A stretch of 32,000 nucleotides of DNA from Halobacteriaceae archaeon GCM10025711 (GTDB lineage Archaea > Halobacteriota > Halobacteria > Halobacteriales > Halobacteriaceae). A program made the position numbers and the translations under genes. Location of the stretch: contig JBHSYX010000001.1 of the NCBI GenBank assembly GCA_042662785.1, forward strand, positions 273,679-305,678. The letters are read 5' to 3'. This document shows, piece after piece, positions 18,849-27,435 of this stretch; position 1 is the stretch's first letter, and every line of letters starts with the position of its first letter. The notes below the pieces were generated by a model. The model was given only the letters and a program-made list of their open reading frames with translations. It ran no database searches and had not been told where the DNA came from.

Positions 18849-19382
18849 ATGCCGGCAAGGTTTGCCGGGACGGGAAGGGTCAGGCGGACCGGGCGAGTGG
18901 GCCAGCTCATGGGTCGTTTCGCCGGCGACGTGCAGGCCGCCCTCCGGACGGCACTCGCCGACCGCCTCCCGGAACTCGACTGGCGCGTCGAACACGACGT
19001 CGCCGGCACGCCGGTCGACGTCACCGGCGTCGGCGACGACCTGCTGGTCCTGGTCGAACTGGAGTGGCGGCGGGCCGACCCCGCCGACAACACCGCGAAA
19101 CTGTTCCGCCACCTCGACGCCGGCCGCCTCGACGCGCCCCGGGTCGTCGTCTGCCAACTGTTCACCGGCTACTACGACCTCGCCGCCGGCGGGGTGTCCT
19201 CGAAACGGCTGAACGCCGAGTTCGTCGGCCGGGTCGCCGACGACGCGCTCGACCGCGTCGAGTACCACCCGGTCGAGTTCGGCCTCACCCCGCCGAAGCG
19301 CGGCGGCGACAGGCCCGACGGCTGGAAGGGCACGGCGGCGACGGCCGCTGACGCGGTCGCGAGACTCGTGCACTCGGCCTGA
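18849..19382 (+). CDS. Hypothetical protein (possible PD-(D/E)XK-like fold; weak inference)
   Basis: 177-aa ORF. The first ATG at 18849 has a TATA at about -26, and an alternative start MGRFAGD lies at 18909. The segment PVDVTGVGDDLLVLVELEWRR resembles the D...ExK core of restriction-endonuclease-like folds but lacks the Lys. Confidence 0.55.
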   Translation: MPARFAGTGRVRRTGRVGQLMGRFAGDVQAALRTALADRLPELDWRVEHDVAGTPVDVTGVGDDLLVLVELEWRRADPADNTAKLFRHLDAGRLDAPRVVVCQLFTGYYDLAAGGVSSKRLNAEFVGRVADDALDRVEYHPVEFGLTPPKRGGDRPDGWKGTAATAADAVARLVHSA

Positions 19383-19403
19383 AAAACGGGGTCGTCCGGG
19401 TCG

Positions 19404-19832
19404 TCACTCGATGTCGATGGTCTTGCCGGACTCGGTGACGTGCTCCTTCGGGAGGGTGACCGTCAGCACGCCGTTCCGGCATTTCGCGGTGATGTTCTCC
19501 TCGTCGACGCCCTCCGGGAGGGTGAGGGTGCGCCGCATCGACTCGTGACGGCGCTCCTGGCGGAGGTACTGCTCGCCCTCCTCCTTCGTCGTCTCGTCGC
19601 GCTCGGCCGCTATCTTCAGGCGGTTGTCGCTGATGGTGACGCTGATGTCGTCCTTGTCGTAGCCCGGCACGTCGGCCGTCACGACGAACTCGTCGCCGTG
19701 GTCGGCGAGGTCGACGGCCATCGCCTCCATGCCCATGCCGAGGTCGCCGAGCGTGCCGCGCTCGAACTGCTCGCTCATTCGCTCGAACATCTCCTCTAGC
19801 TCGTCGAACGGGTTGCGTCGTCGGATTGCCAT
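19404..19832 (-). CDS. hsp20: Hsp20/alpha-crystallin family small heat-shock protein
   Basis: The alpha-crystallin domain reads AVDLADHGDEFVVTADVPGYDKDDISVTISDNRLKIAAER...RTLTLPEGVDEENITAKCRNGVLTVTLPK. The start is taken at MAIRRRNPFDELEEMFERM (19832) rather than track start 19880. Confidence 0.9.
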   Translation of the reverse strand: MAIRRRNPFDELEEMFERMSEQFERGTLGDLGMGMEAMAVDLADHGDEFVVTADVPGYDKDDISVTISDNRLKIAAERDETTKEEGEQYLRQERRHESMRRTLTLPEGVDEENITAKCRNGVLTVTLPKEHVTESGKTIDIE

Positions 19833-19913
19833 AGTATCTCCCCGGGGAATAAATTGTCTCGCAAACAACTTAAAACTCACCGCGGGCTGTTGGTTGTTAC
19901 CACGAGACGCGGG

Positions 19914-20717
19914 TCACACCACGTGCTCGACGTCATAGGACCCGAGACGGCGCACCCACCCCTTGCTCGCTATCGCCTCTATCTCCGCGACGGCCGCCTG
20001 GGTGCGGTCCTCGTAGAGGCCGGCCGCGATGTCGACGTGGAACACGTAGTCGCCGAGTCGCTCGCCGCTCGGCCGCGACTCCACCCGCGAGAGGTTGATG
20101 TCCCGTTCGGCGAACGGTTCGAGGAGTTCGAGCAGGAGCCCCGGGTAGTTCGCGTTCGGGTAGACGACGAACGAGGACTTCCCGCCCGCCTCCGACCGCT
20201 CGGCCGCCGGCGCCACCACGAAGAAACGGGTGGCGTTCGACGTGCGGTCCTGGATGTCCTCGGCGACGACCCGGAGGCCGTCCCCCGCGTTGTCCGGATG
20301 GCCGATGCCCGCCACGGTCGGGTCCTCGCGCGCCCGCTCGACGCCACGTGCGGTGCTCGCCACCGCCTCCAGGCGGACGTCCGGATACTCCTCCTCCAGG
20401 TAGGTCCGGCACTGAGCCAGCGCCTGGGAGTGGCTCGCGACCACGTCGAACTCGCCGGACTGGGCCAGGAGAGCGTGCCGTATCGGCGTGACTATCTCCC
20501 GGACCACCGCCACCTCGAGGTCGGCGAGGGCGTCGAGGGTCTCCGTGACGCTCCCCTCGATGCTGTTCTCGATGGGGACCACGCCCCGGTCGTAGTCGCC
20601 GGCGGCCACGGCCTCCACGATGCTGTAGACCGACTCGCGGAAGTCGATGTCGTCCGCGACGGACCGCGCCGCTCGATGGGAGTACGTGCCGGCGGGGCCC
20701 AGGGTGACCGTTCGCAT
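19914..20717 (-). CDS. pheA: Prephenate dehydratase
   Basis: The PDT domain reads LGPAGTYSH...VPIENSIEGSV...TRF. The C-terminal ACT domain contains the ESRP motif (INLSRVESRPSGERLGDYVFHVD). Confidence 0.9.
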   Translation of the reverse strand: MRTVTLGPAGTYSHRAARSVADDIDFRESVYSIVEAVAAGDYDRGVVPIENSIEGSVTETLDALADLEVAVVREIVTPIRHALLAQSGEFDVVASHSQALAQCRTYLEEEYPDVRLEAVASTARGVERAREDPTVAGIGHPDNAGDGLRVVAEDIQDRTSNATRFFVVAPAAERSEAGGKSSFVVYPNANYPGLLLELLEPFAERDINLSRVESRPSGERLGDYVFHVDIAAGLYEDRTQAAVAEIEAIASKGWVRRLGSYDVEHVV

Positions 20718-20768
20718 GCCTCCCGATACTGCCCCGGGGGTTGAAAAACGCGTCGGGGTGACAGGTCG

Positions 20769-21197
20769 TCACTCCTCGTACACGTCGTACGCGACCGACC
20801 CGACCGCTATCTCGACCAGGCTGTTCGGCGGGTTCTCGCCCAGGTGGTCGCGGTAGAACGCGTCCCACTCCTCGACGTCGGGGCCGACGTACCTGGTGTA
20901 GATGGTGCGGGCCGCCTCGTTGATGGCCGACACGTCGTCGACCACCGTCGCCGTCCCCTTCAGCGACACGAACCAGAGCGCGTCGCCGTCACGGTCCTCC
21001 TGGATGGAGACCGCCACGCGGGGGTTCTGCTGGACATCGTCGCGCTTCCGGCCGCCGGTGAGGACGCTGATAGTGCCATCCTCGTAGTCGTACCAGACCG
21101 GCGCGACCCGCGGGCGGTCGTCGACCGAGGTGGCGAGGTGGGCCATGAGCTTCCGGTCGGTGATGAGGGCTTCGGCCTCGGGTGGTACCGTCGTCAT
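20769..21197 (-). CDS. Pyridoxamine 5'-phosphate oxidase-like (FMN/F420-binding split-barrel) family protein
   Basis: LMAHLATSVDDRPRVAPVWYDYEDGTISVLTGGRKRDDVQQNPRVAVSI is the typical PNPOx-like pattern. The start is taken at MTTVPPEAE (21197). Confidence 0.7.
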   Translation of the reverse strand: MTTVPPEAEALITDRKLMAHLATSVDDRPRVAPVWYDYEDGTISVLTGGRKRDDVQQNPRVAVSIQEDRDGDALWFVSLKGTATVVDDVSAINEAARTIYTRYVGPDVEEWDAFYRDHLGENPPNSLVEIAVGSVAYDVYEE

Positions 21198-21264
21198 GGT
21201 CGACTGTTCGGCCGGCCGGATGCTAACTGTTCGCACCGCCGCGGTCGAAAGAAGAGACGTCGGG

Positions 21265-22713
21265 TTACCGGTTCAGCGTGTGGATTGCGTGCCCGAGCGC
21301 GTGCTCGGCGGCCTCCATCACGGATTCGGACAGCGTCGGGTGGGTATGGATGGTGGAGGCGACGTCCTCCAGGGTCGCGCCGAGTTCGACCGCGAGGCCG
21401 AGTTCCGCGACGAGTTCGGACGCCTCGGGGCCGACGACCTGCGCGCCCAGCACGAACCCGGAGTCCTCGTCCGCGACGACGCGGACGAAGCCGTCGGCGT
21501 GGCCGGTGGTGAGCGCGCGGCCGCTGGCGCGGAACGGGAACTGGCCGACGGCGGGCGTGTACCCCGCCTCCTCGGCCTCCGCCTCGCTCATGCCGACGGT
21601 GCCGATCTCGGGGTCGGTGAACACGACCGCCGGCACGGCCTGGTAGTCGAGGGCCGACGGCTCGCCGGCGATGACCTCGGCGACGACCTGTCCCTCCTTG
21701 CTGGCCTTGTGCGCGAGCATCGGTTCGCCCGCCACGTCGCCGATGGCGAAGATGTGGTCCCTGTCGGTGCGGCCGCGGTCGTCCGTCTCCAGGAAGCCCT
21801 GCTCGTTCGGTTCGAGGCCGGCGGCCTCCAGGTTCATCGTGTCGGTGACGGGCGAACGGCCCACCGCGACGAGCACCTTGTCCGCGTCGAACTCCATCGT
21901 CTCGCCGTCCTCGTCCTCGGTGACGACCGTGATGTCGGCGGCGTCGCCGCCGTCGGCGGCCGCCTCTGCACGCCGCCACTCCTTGGCGGCCTGGCCGTAA
22001 TGGAACTCGATGCCGAGTTCCTTCGCCTTCTTCTTCACCGGCCGGGACAGGTCGCTGTCGTAGCCGGGGAGCATGTCGTCGAGCATCTCGACGACGGTCA
22101 CCTCGGTGCCGAGCTTCGCGAACACCGTCGAGAGCTCCATCCCGATGTAGCCCGCGCCGACGACGACGAGCCTGTCCGGGGCCTCGTCGAGTGCGAGCGC
22201 GGCCCGCGAGTCGAGCACGGGTTCGTCGTCGAAGGAGAACCCCGGAATCTCGACCGGCCGGGACCCCGTCGCGACGATGGCGTGCTCGAACTCGATGGAC
22301 TCCGAGCCCTGCCCCTCGCCGCCGTGGACGACGCGGAGCTTGTTCTCGTCGGCGAACTCCGCGCGCCCCTCCATCAGGTTCACGCCGTTCGCCTTGCAGA
22401 GCTTCTCGACGCCACCGGTGAGCTGGTCCACGACGCCGTCCTTCCACTCCACCATCTGTCCGACGTCGACCTCGGGGTCGGCGTGGATGCCCATCTCCTC
22501 GGCGTGGCCGGCCTCGTAGGCCAGGCTCGACGCCGAGATGAGGGCTTTCGACGGGATGCAGCCGTAGTTCAGGCACGTCCCGCCGTAGGCGTCCTCCTCG
22601 ACGAGCGTCACGTCGAGGCCGAGCTGTCCTGCGCGGATGGCGGCGACGTACCCGCCGGGGCCCGCGCCGATGACCGCTACGTCCGTCCCGGTTGCGACAT
22701 CTCCGACGACCAT
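21265..22713 (-). CDS. lpdA: Dihydrolipoyl dehydrogenase (E3 component)
   Basis: FAD motif VIGAGPGGYVAAIRA, redox-active disulfide GGTCLNYGCIPSK, NAD motif VVVGAGYIGMEL and C-terminal HTHPTLSE. The ATG shares its A with the E2 TAA stop (TAATG). Confidence 0.95.
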   Translation of the reverse strand: MVVGDVATGTDVAVIGAGPGGYVAAIRAGQLGLDVTLVEEDAYGGTCLNYGCIPSKALISASSLAYEAGHAEEMGIHADPEVDVGQMVEWKDGVVDQLTGGVEKLCKANGVNLMEGRAEFADENKLRVVHGGEGQGSESIEFEHAIVATGSRPVEIPGFSFDDEPVLDSRAALALDEAPDRLVVVGAGYIGMELSTVFAKLGTEVTVVEMLDDMLPGYDSDLSRPVKKKAKELGIEFHYGQAAKEWRRAEAAADGGDAADITVVTEDEDGETMEFDADKVLVAVGRSPVTDTMNLEAAGLEPNEQGFLETDDRGRTDRDHIFAIGDVAGEPMLAHKASKEGQVVAEVIAGEPSALDYQAVPAVVFTDPEIGTVGMSEAEAEEAGYTPAVGQFPFRASGRALTTGHADGFVRVVADEDSGFVLGAQVVGPEASELVAELGLAVELGATLEDVASTIHTHPTLSESVMEAAEHALGHAIHTLNR

Positions 22714-24194
22714 TATTCTAGGAGCAGCAGCTTCGGATTGTTAAGGTATTCCATCATCGTGTTCGTGAAGTCAGCGACCTCCGCGCCGTCGACGACGCGG
22801 TGGTCGATGGAGATGGACAGCGGGAGCGTCCACCGGGCCTCCACCTCCCCGTCGACGACCATCGGACGCTGCTTCAACTCGCCGAGGCCGACGATGGCGA
22901 CCTCCGGGTAGTTGATGATGGGCGTCGCGTACTCGCCGCCGATGGCGCCGAAGTTCGTGATGGAGATGGTCGAGCCCTGGAGCTCCTCGCGCGTGATGGA
23001 GCGGTCCCGGGCCTTCTGGGCCTTCTCGTTCACCTCGGAGGCGAGCTGGAGCATGCCCTTCCGGTCCACGTCGTCCACGACGGGCACCATCAGGCCGACG
23101 TCCGTCGCCACCGCGATGCCGACGTTGTAGTAGTGCTTGACGACGAGTTCCTCGTTCTCCTCGTCGAGGCTCGCGTTCAGCTCCGGGTACTCCTGGAGCG
23201 CGGCGACGATGGCCTTCATCACGAACGGCATGTAGGTCAGCTTGATGCCGCGCTCCTCGGCGAGTTCCTTCAGCTCCGACCGGGTCTCCACCAGCCGGGT
23301 CACGTCCACGGTGTCGTGGTGGGTGACGTGGGGCGCCGTGAACTTCGAGCGCTCCATCGCGTCGCCGATGGTCCGCCGGACGCCGCGGTAGGGCCGGCGC
23401 TCCTCGCGCTCGGTCGGCTCCGCGCCCGCCACCGTCTGCGCGTCGGCCGCCTGGGCGGCCTGCTGGGCGTCGGCGTACTCGCGGACCGCCTCGGGCGTGA
23501 CGAACGCCTCGCCGTCGCGCTCCTCGGCCGCCGGCACGGCGTCGATGTCGACGCCCATCTCGTCGGCCAGCTGACGGGTCGCGGGCGCCGCCAGCGTCCG
23601 GTCGCGCTCCGCGGACTCGACCGGTGCCTGCCCACCGGTCGCCGGTTCTGCTGCCGGCTCCGACTCCGCTGCCGGCTCCGACGCCGTCTGGGAATCGGGT
23701 TCGGCCGCGCCGCCCTCCGCGGCGGCGCGCACGTCGCCCTCCGTGATACGGCCGCTCGGGCCGCTCCCGTCGACCGTCGCGAGGTTGACGTCGAGTTCGC
23801 GCGCCAGGCGGCGCACGCTCGGCGGCGCGAAGACGCGCCCCTCGGGGACCGACTGCTCGGCCGCTTCCCCGCCCGCCTCTGTTTCGGGTTCGGGTTCCGC
23901 CTCTGTTTCGGGCTCGGGTTCCGGCTCGGCGGCGGCTTCCTCCTCGTCCTCGCCCTCTATCTCGAACGTGACGATGACGTTGCCGACCGGCACCATCTCG
24001 CCCGCCTCGTGGTGAATCTCCTTCACCGTGCCGTTGTACGGCGACGGGACCTCGACCAGCGCCTTGTCCGTCTCGACTTCGGCGACCGGCTGGTCCTCGG
24101 TCACGGTGTCGCCGGGTTCGACCAGCCACTCGACTATCTCGCCCTCGGCGACGCCCTCGCCGACGTCCGGGAGTTTGAACTCTCGTAGCGCCAT
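22713..24194 (-). CDS. Dihydrolipoamide acyltransferase (E2 component of 2-oxoacid dehydrogenase complex)
   Basis: Lipoyl domain with AEVETDKALVEV, an Ala/Glu/Pro linker, the peripheral-subunit-binding segment PPSVRRLARELDVNLATVDGSGPSGRITEGDV and a catalytic domain with SIDHRVVDGA. The start is taken at MALREFKLPDVGEG (24194) rather than track start 24545. Confidence 0.92.
   Translation of the reverse strand: MALREFKLPDVGEGVAEGEIVEWLVEPGDTVTEDQPVAEVETDKALVEVPSPYNGTVKEIHHEAGEMVPVGNVIVTFEIEGEDEEEAAAEPEPEPETEAEPEPETEAGGEAAEQSVPEGRVFAPPSVRRLARELDVNLATVDGSGPSGRITEGDVRAAAEGGAAEPDSQTASEPAAESEPAAEPATGGQAPVESAERDRTLAAPATRQLADEMGVDIDAVPAAEERDGEAFVTPEAVREYADAQQAAQAADAQTVAGAEPTEREERRPYRGVRRTIGDAMERSKFTAPHVTHHDTVDVTRLVETRSELKELAEERGIKLTYMPFVMKAIVAALQEYPELNASLDEENEELVVKHYYNVGIAVATDVGLMVPVVDDVDRKGMLQLASEVNEKAQKARDRSITREELQGSTISITNFGAIGGEYATPIINYPEVAIVGLGELKQRPMVVDGEVEARWTLPLSISIDHRVVDGAEVADFTNTMMEYLNNPKLLLLE
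23875..23922. repeat. 2 x 24-bp tandem repeat encoding the (EPEPETEA)2 E2 interdomain linker
   Basis: GCCTCTGTTTCGGGTTCGGGTTCC is followed by GCCTCTGTTTCGGGCTCGGGTTCC, with a single mismatch. Confidence 0.85.
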
Positions 24195-24196
24195 GG

Positions 24197-25171
24197 TCAG
24201 AACTCGACCGCCTCCCGGATGCCCTCCGTGATGCGGGCGGGCTCGGGCAGGTAGTAGTCCTCCAGGGCGTACAGCGGGAACGGCGTGTCGAAGCCGGTGA
24301 TGCGCTTGACGGGCGCCTCCTGGTAGAGCAGCGCCTCCTCCTGGATGAGCGAGGTTATCTCGGCCGCGAGGCCCGCGGTCTTCGGCGCCTCGTGGACGAC
24401 GGCCGCCCGCCCGGTCTTCTTGAACGACTCGATGATGGTGTCCGTGTCCATCGGCTTCAGCGTGCGGAGGTCGACCACCTCGACGTCGATCTCGCCTTCG
24501 AGCTGTTCGGCGGCTTCGAGGGTCGGCCGGGTCATCGCACCCCACGTGAACACCGAGATGTCCGCGCCCTCGCGCCGGACCGCCGCCTCGCCGAGCGGCA
24601 CCGTGTACGGCTCGTCGGGCACCTCCTCCCGGAACGCGCGGTAGATGAGCTTCGGCTCCAGGAACATCACGGGGTCGGGGTCGCGCACCGCGCTCGCGAG
24701 CAGCCCCTTCGTGTCGTGGGGCGTGCTCGGCACGACGACCTTCAGCCCGGGCTGGTGGGTGAAGAAGGCCTCCGTGGACTCCGAGTGGTGCTCCGGCGCG
24801 CGGATGCCGCCGCCGTAGGGCGCGCGGATGACCATCGGCGCCGTGAACCGGCCGCGGCTCCGGGTGCGGAGGCGCGCGGCGTGGCTCACGATCTGGTCGA
24901 ACGCGGGGTAGATGAACCCCATGAACTGTATCTCGGCCACCGGCTTGAGCCCGTAAGCCGCCATCCCGATGGCCGTGCCGACGATGCCGCTCTCGGCGAG
25001 CGGCGTGTCGATGACGCGGTCGTCGCCGAACTCGTCGTAAAGCCCCTCGGTGGCGCGGAACACGCCGCCGTTCTTCCCGACGTCCTCGCCCATCACGACG
25101 ACGTCGTCGTCGCGGGCCATCTCGTCGCGCAATCCGTCCCGTACCGCCTGAACGAGTGTGAGATTCGCCAT
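24197..25171 (-). CDS. 2-oxoacid dehydrogenase E1 component, beta subunit
   Basis: The 324-aa transketolase-like pyrimidine-binding and C-terminal domains read VMGEDVGKNGGVFRATEGL...DTPLAESGIVG. The ATG lies 1 nt after the E1alpha TAA, with GGAGGA upstream. The E2 ATG lies 2 nt after its stop. Confidence 0.93.
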   Translation of the reverse strand: MANLTLVQAVRDGLRDEMARDDDVVVMGEDVGKNGGVFRATEGLYDEFGDDRVIDTPLAESGIVGTAIGMAAYGLKPVAEIQFMGFIYPAFDQIVSHAARLRTRSRGRFTAPMVIRAPYGGGIRAPEHHSESTEAFFTHQPGLKVVVPSTPHDTKGLLASAVRDPDPVMFLEPKLIYRAFREEVPDEPYTVPLGEAAVRREGADISVFTWGAMTRPTLEAAEQLEGEIDVEVVDLRTLKPMDTDTIIESFKKTGRAAVVHEAPKTAGLAAEITSLIQEEALLYQEAPVKRITGFDTPFPLYALEDYYLPEPARITEGIREAVEF

Positions 25172-25172
25172 C

Positions 25173-26285
25173 TTAGTCCTCCAGTAGTGCTTCGTCGCCG
25201 TACTTCTCGCGGATCGCCTCGAACCGCTCGCGCTGCTCGCGGAGGTTCGCCGGCAGGTCGGCGTACACGTGCTCGAAAATCTGCTCCGGGTCCGGCCGGT
25301 CGACGCTCTCGGCCGCCTCGATGGCGTCGGCCACCTCGTCGGTGACGGACTGCTCGATGGCGTCGAGCCCTTCGTCGTCGAGGCGGCCGGTGTTCACGAG
25401 GAACTTCTCGAGGCGCGGAATCGGGTCCTTCGCCTTCCAGCGTTCGACCTCCTCGTCGTCGCGGTAGACCGTCGGGTCGTCCGCGGTGGTGTGGGCGCCG
25501 AACCGGTACTGCACCGCCTCGATGAGCGTCGGGCGGCGCTCGCCCTCGGGCGGGCGTTTCGCCTTCTCGACGGCGGCCTGCGTCACGTCGTAGACCGCCA
25601 GCGGGTCCATGCCGTCGACCTGGACGCCGTCGAAGCCGTACGCGTCGGCCTTCTGGGCGATGGTCTCGGAGGCGGTCTGCTTCTCGCGGGGCACCGAGAT
25701 GGCCCACTGGTTGTTGTTGCAGAAGAACACCGTGGGCGTGTCGAAGACGCCCGCGAAGTTCATGCCCTCGTGGAAGTCGCCCTCGCTGGTGGCGCCGTCG
25801 CCGAAGTAGACCATGAACGCCTTCTCCTCGTCCTGGAGCTTCGACGCCCACGACGCGCCCGTGGCGTGCGGAATCTGGGTCGCGATGGGCACGGCGACCG
25901 TGAACAGGTTGGCGTCGTCGGGGATGTGGTTCCCCTCCTCGTTGCCCATCCAGTAGAGCAGCGTGCGCTTCAGCGAGAGGCCGCGTACGAGCGACGCGCC
26001 GTGCTCCCGGTAGCTCGGGAACAGCCAGTCCTCGTCGTCGAGCGCGAACGCGCTACCGATCTGGGCGCCCTCCTGGCCGGAGAGCGGCGGGTAGGTCCCC
26101 ATCCGGCCCTGGCGCTGCAGGCTGACCGCCCGCTGGTCGAAGTGGCGGGCGAGTTTCATGTACCGGTAGAGCTCCACCAGTTCCTCGTCGTCGATGTCGG
26201 GCACCTCTGCCCCGTCGACGACCCGTCCGTCCTCGTCGAGGATGCGGTACTGGTCCTCCGGGTCGCGATGTACTGTTGCTGTCAT
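25173..26285 (-). CDS. 2-oxoacid dehydrogenase E1 component, alpha subunit (TPP-dependent)
   Basis: The TPP-binding motif is [20 protein letters not shown]...[11 protein letters not shown]. The protein is 370 aa and is the first gene of the E1alpha-E1beta-E2-E3 operon. Confidence 0.93.
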   Translation of the reverse strand: MTATVHRDPEDQYRILDEDGRVVDGAEVPDIDDEELVELYRYMKLARHFDQRAVSLQRQGRMGTYPPLSGQEGAQIGSAFALDDEDWLFPSYREHGASLVRGLSLKRTLLYWMGNEEGNHIPDDANLFTVAVPIATQIPHATGASWASKLQDEEKAFMVYFGDGATSEGDFHEGMNFAGVFDTPTVFFCNNNQWAISVPREKQTASETIAQKADAYGFDGVQVDGMDPLAVYDVTQAAVEKAKRPPEGERRPTLIEAVQYRFGAHTTADDPTVYRDDEEVERWKAKDPIPRLEKFLVNTGRLDDEGLDAIEQSVTDEVADAIEAAESVDRPDPEQIFEHVYADLPANLREQRERFEAIREKYGDEALLED

Positions 26286-26469
26286 GGCTCGCCCCGTCCT
26301 GACATGTCCGAAACGTCTCCCCCTTCGACTATAGGGCTTTCGTAACTAACTTTCCATAGGGACTATTCTCGGGAGTAACGAAGTTGAATCGTCCACCCAA
26401 GACGGGGTGACTGTTCGTTGTTCAGAAGTTCGGCCCGGGATTAGGTTGTCGTTCAGCCAACTGCGCGAG

Positions 26470-27411
26470 TCAGTCACTCGCGGACCGCGCCGACCGGGCG
26501 TCGCGACGCGCGTCCTCGACGGACTTCCCGTCGCGGAGCACCGCGTCCACGAACAGTTCGCCCGCCCGGTAGGACGACCGCACCATCGGGCCGCTCGCAC
26601 AGTAGAGGAAGTCGAGTTCGTCCTCGGCGACCTGGCGCCAGGTCTCGAACTTGTGGGGGTGGACGTACGTCTCGACGTCGAGGTGGCTGGTCGACGGCTG
26701 GAGGTACTGGCCGAGGGTGACCACGTCGACGCCCACCTCGCGCAGGTCCGAGAGGGTCTGGTATATCTCGTGGTCGTACTCGCCGACGCCGAGCATGATG
26801 GACGTCTTCGTGTAGATGTCGGACTCGCGGTCCACCTGCTGGAGCACGTCGAGGCTCTGGTGGTAGCCCGCCCGCCGGTCGCGCACCGGCCACTGGAGGC
26901 GTTCCACCGTCTCGACGTTGTGCGCGATGACGTCGGGGCCGGCGTCGATTATCTGCCGCACCAGGTCGGGTTCGCCCTGGAAGTCGGGGATGAGCACCTC
27001 GACGAGGATGCCCGGGTCCTGGGCCTTTATCTCCCGGATGGTCCGTGCGAAGTGGCCGGCGCCCTGGTCGGGCAGGTCGTCGCGGTCCACGGACGTGAGG
27101 ACCACGTAGTCGAGCCCGATCTCGGCGACGGCCGACGCGACGTTCGCCGGCTCGTCGGGGTCGAGCGGCTCCATGCCGCCGGTCGCGACGTCGCAGAAGT
27201 TGCAGCCCCGCGAGCACCGGTCGCCCATGAGCATGAACGTCGCGGTGCCGGGACCGTTCCGGCCGCTCCAGCACTCGCCCATGTTCGGGCAGCTCGCCTC
27301 CTCGCAGACGGTGTGGAGGTCCCGGTCGCGCAGACTCGACCGGATGCCCGCGAACTCCTGGCCCGACGGCACCTGCATCTTGAGCCAGTCGGGTTTGCGT
27401 CGGCTGCTCAT
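26470..27411 (-). CDS. lipA: Lipoyl synthase (radical SAM)
   Basis: Auxiliary cluster motif CEEASCPNMGEC and radical-SAM motif CSRGCNFC. The start is taken at MSSRRKPDWLK (27411), which has TTTTTG 25-30 nt upstream. Confidence 0.93.
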   Translation of the reverse strand: MSSRRKPDWLKMQVPSGQEFAGIRSSLRDRDLHTVCEEASCPNMGECWSGRNGPGTATFMLMGDRCSRGCNFCDVATGGMEPLDPDEPANVASAVAEIGLDYVVLTSVDRDDLPDQGAGHFARTIREIKAQDPGILVEVLIPDFQGEPDLVRQIIDAGPDVIAHNVETVERLQWPVRDRRAGYHQSLDVLQQVDRESDIYTKTSIMLGVGEYDHEIYQTLSDLREVGVDVVTLGQYLQPSTSHLDVETYVHPHKFETWRQVAEDELDFLYCASGPMVRSSYRAGELFVDAVLRDGKSVEDARRDARSARSASD

Positions 27412-27435
27412 ACCGGAACCCTGGGCCCGCCGGGG

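Noticed and set aside
21130-24188. Long + strand ORFs (21130..22911, 22800..24188) and - strand alternate-frame ORFs (21194..22576, 22771..24129) over lpdA and E2
   Set aside because: These are alternate or antisense frames of strongly supported lpdA and E2 genes. Their products are Arg/Gly/Asp-rich with no domains.
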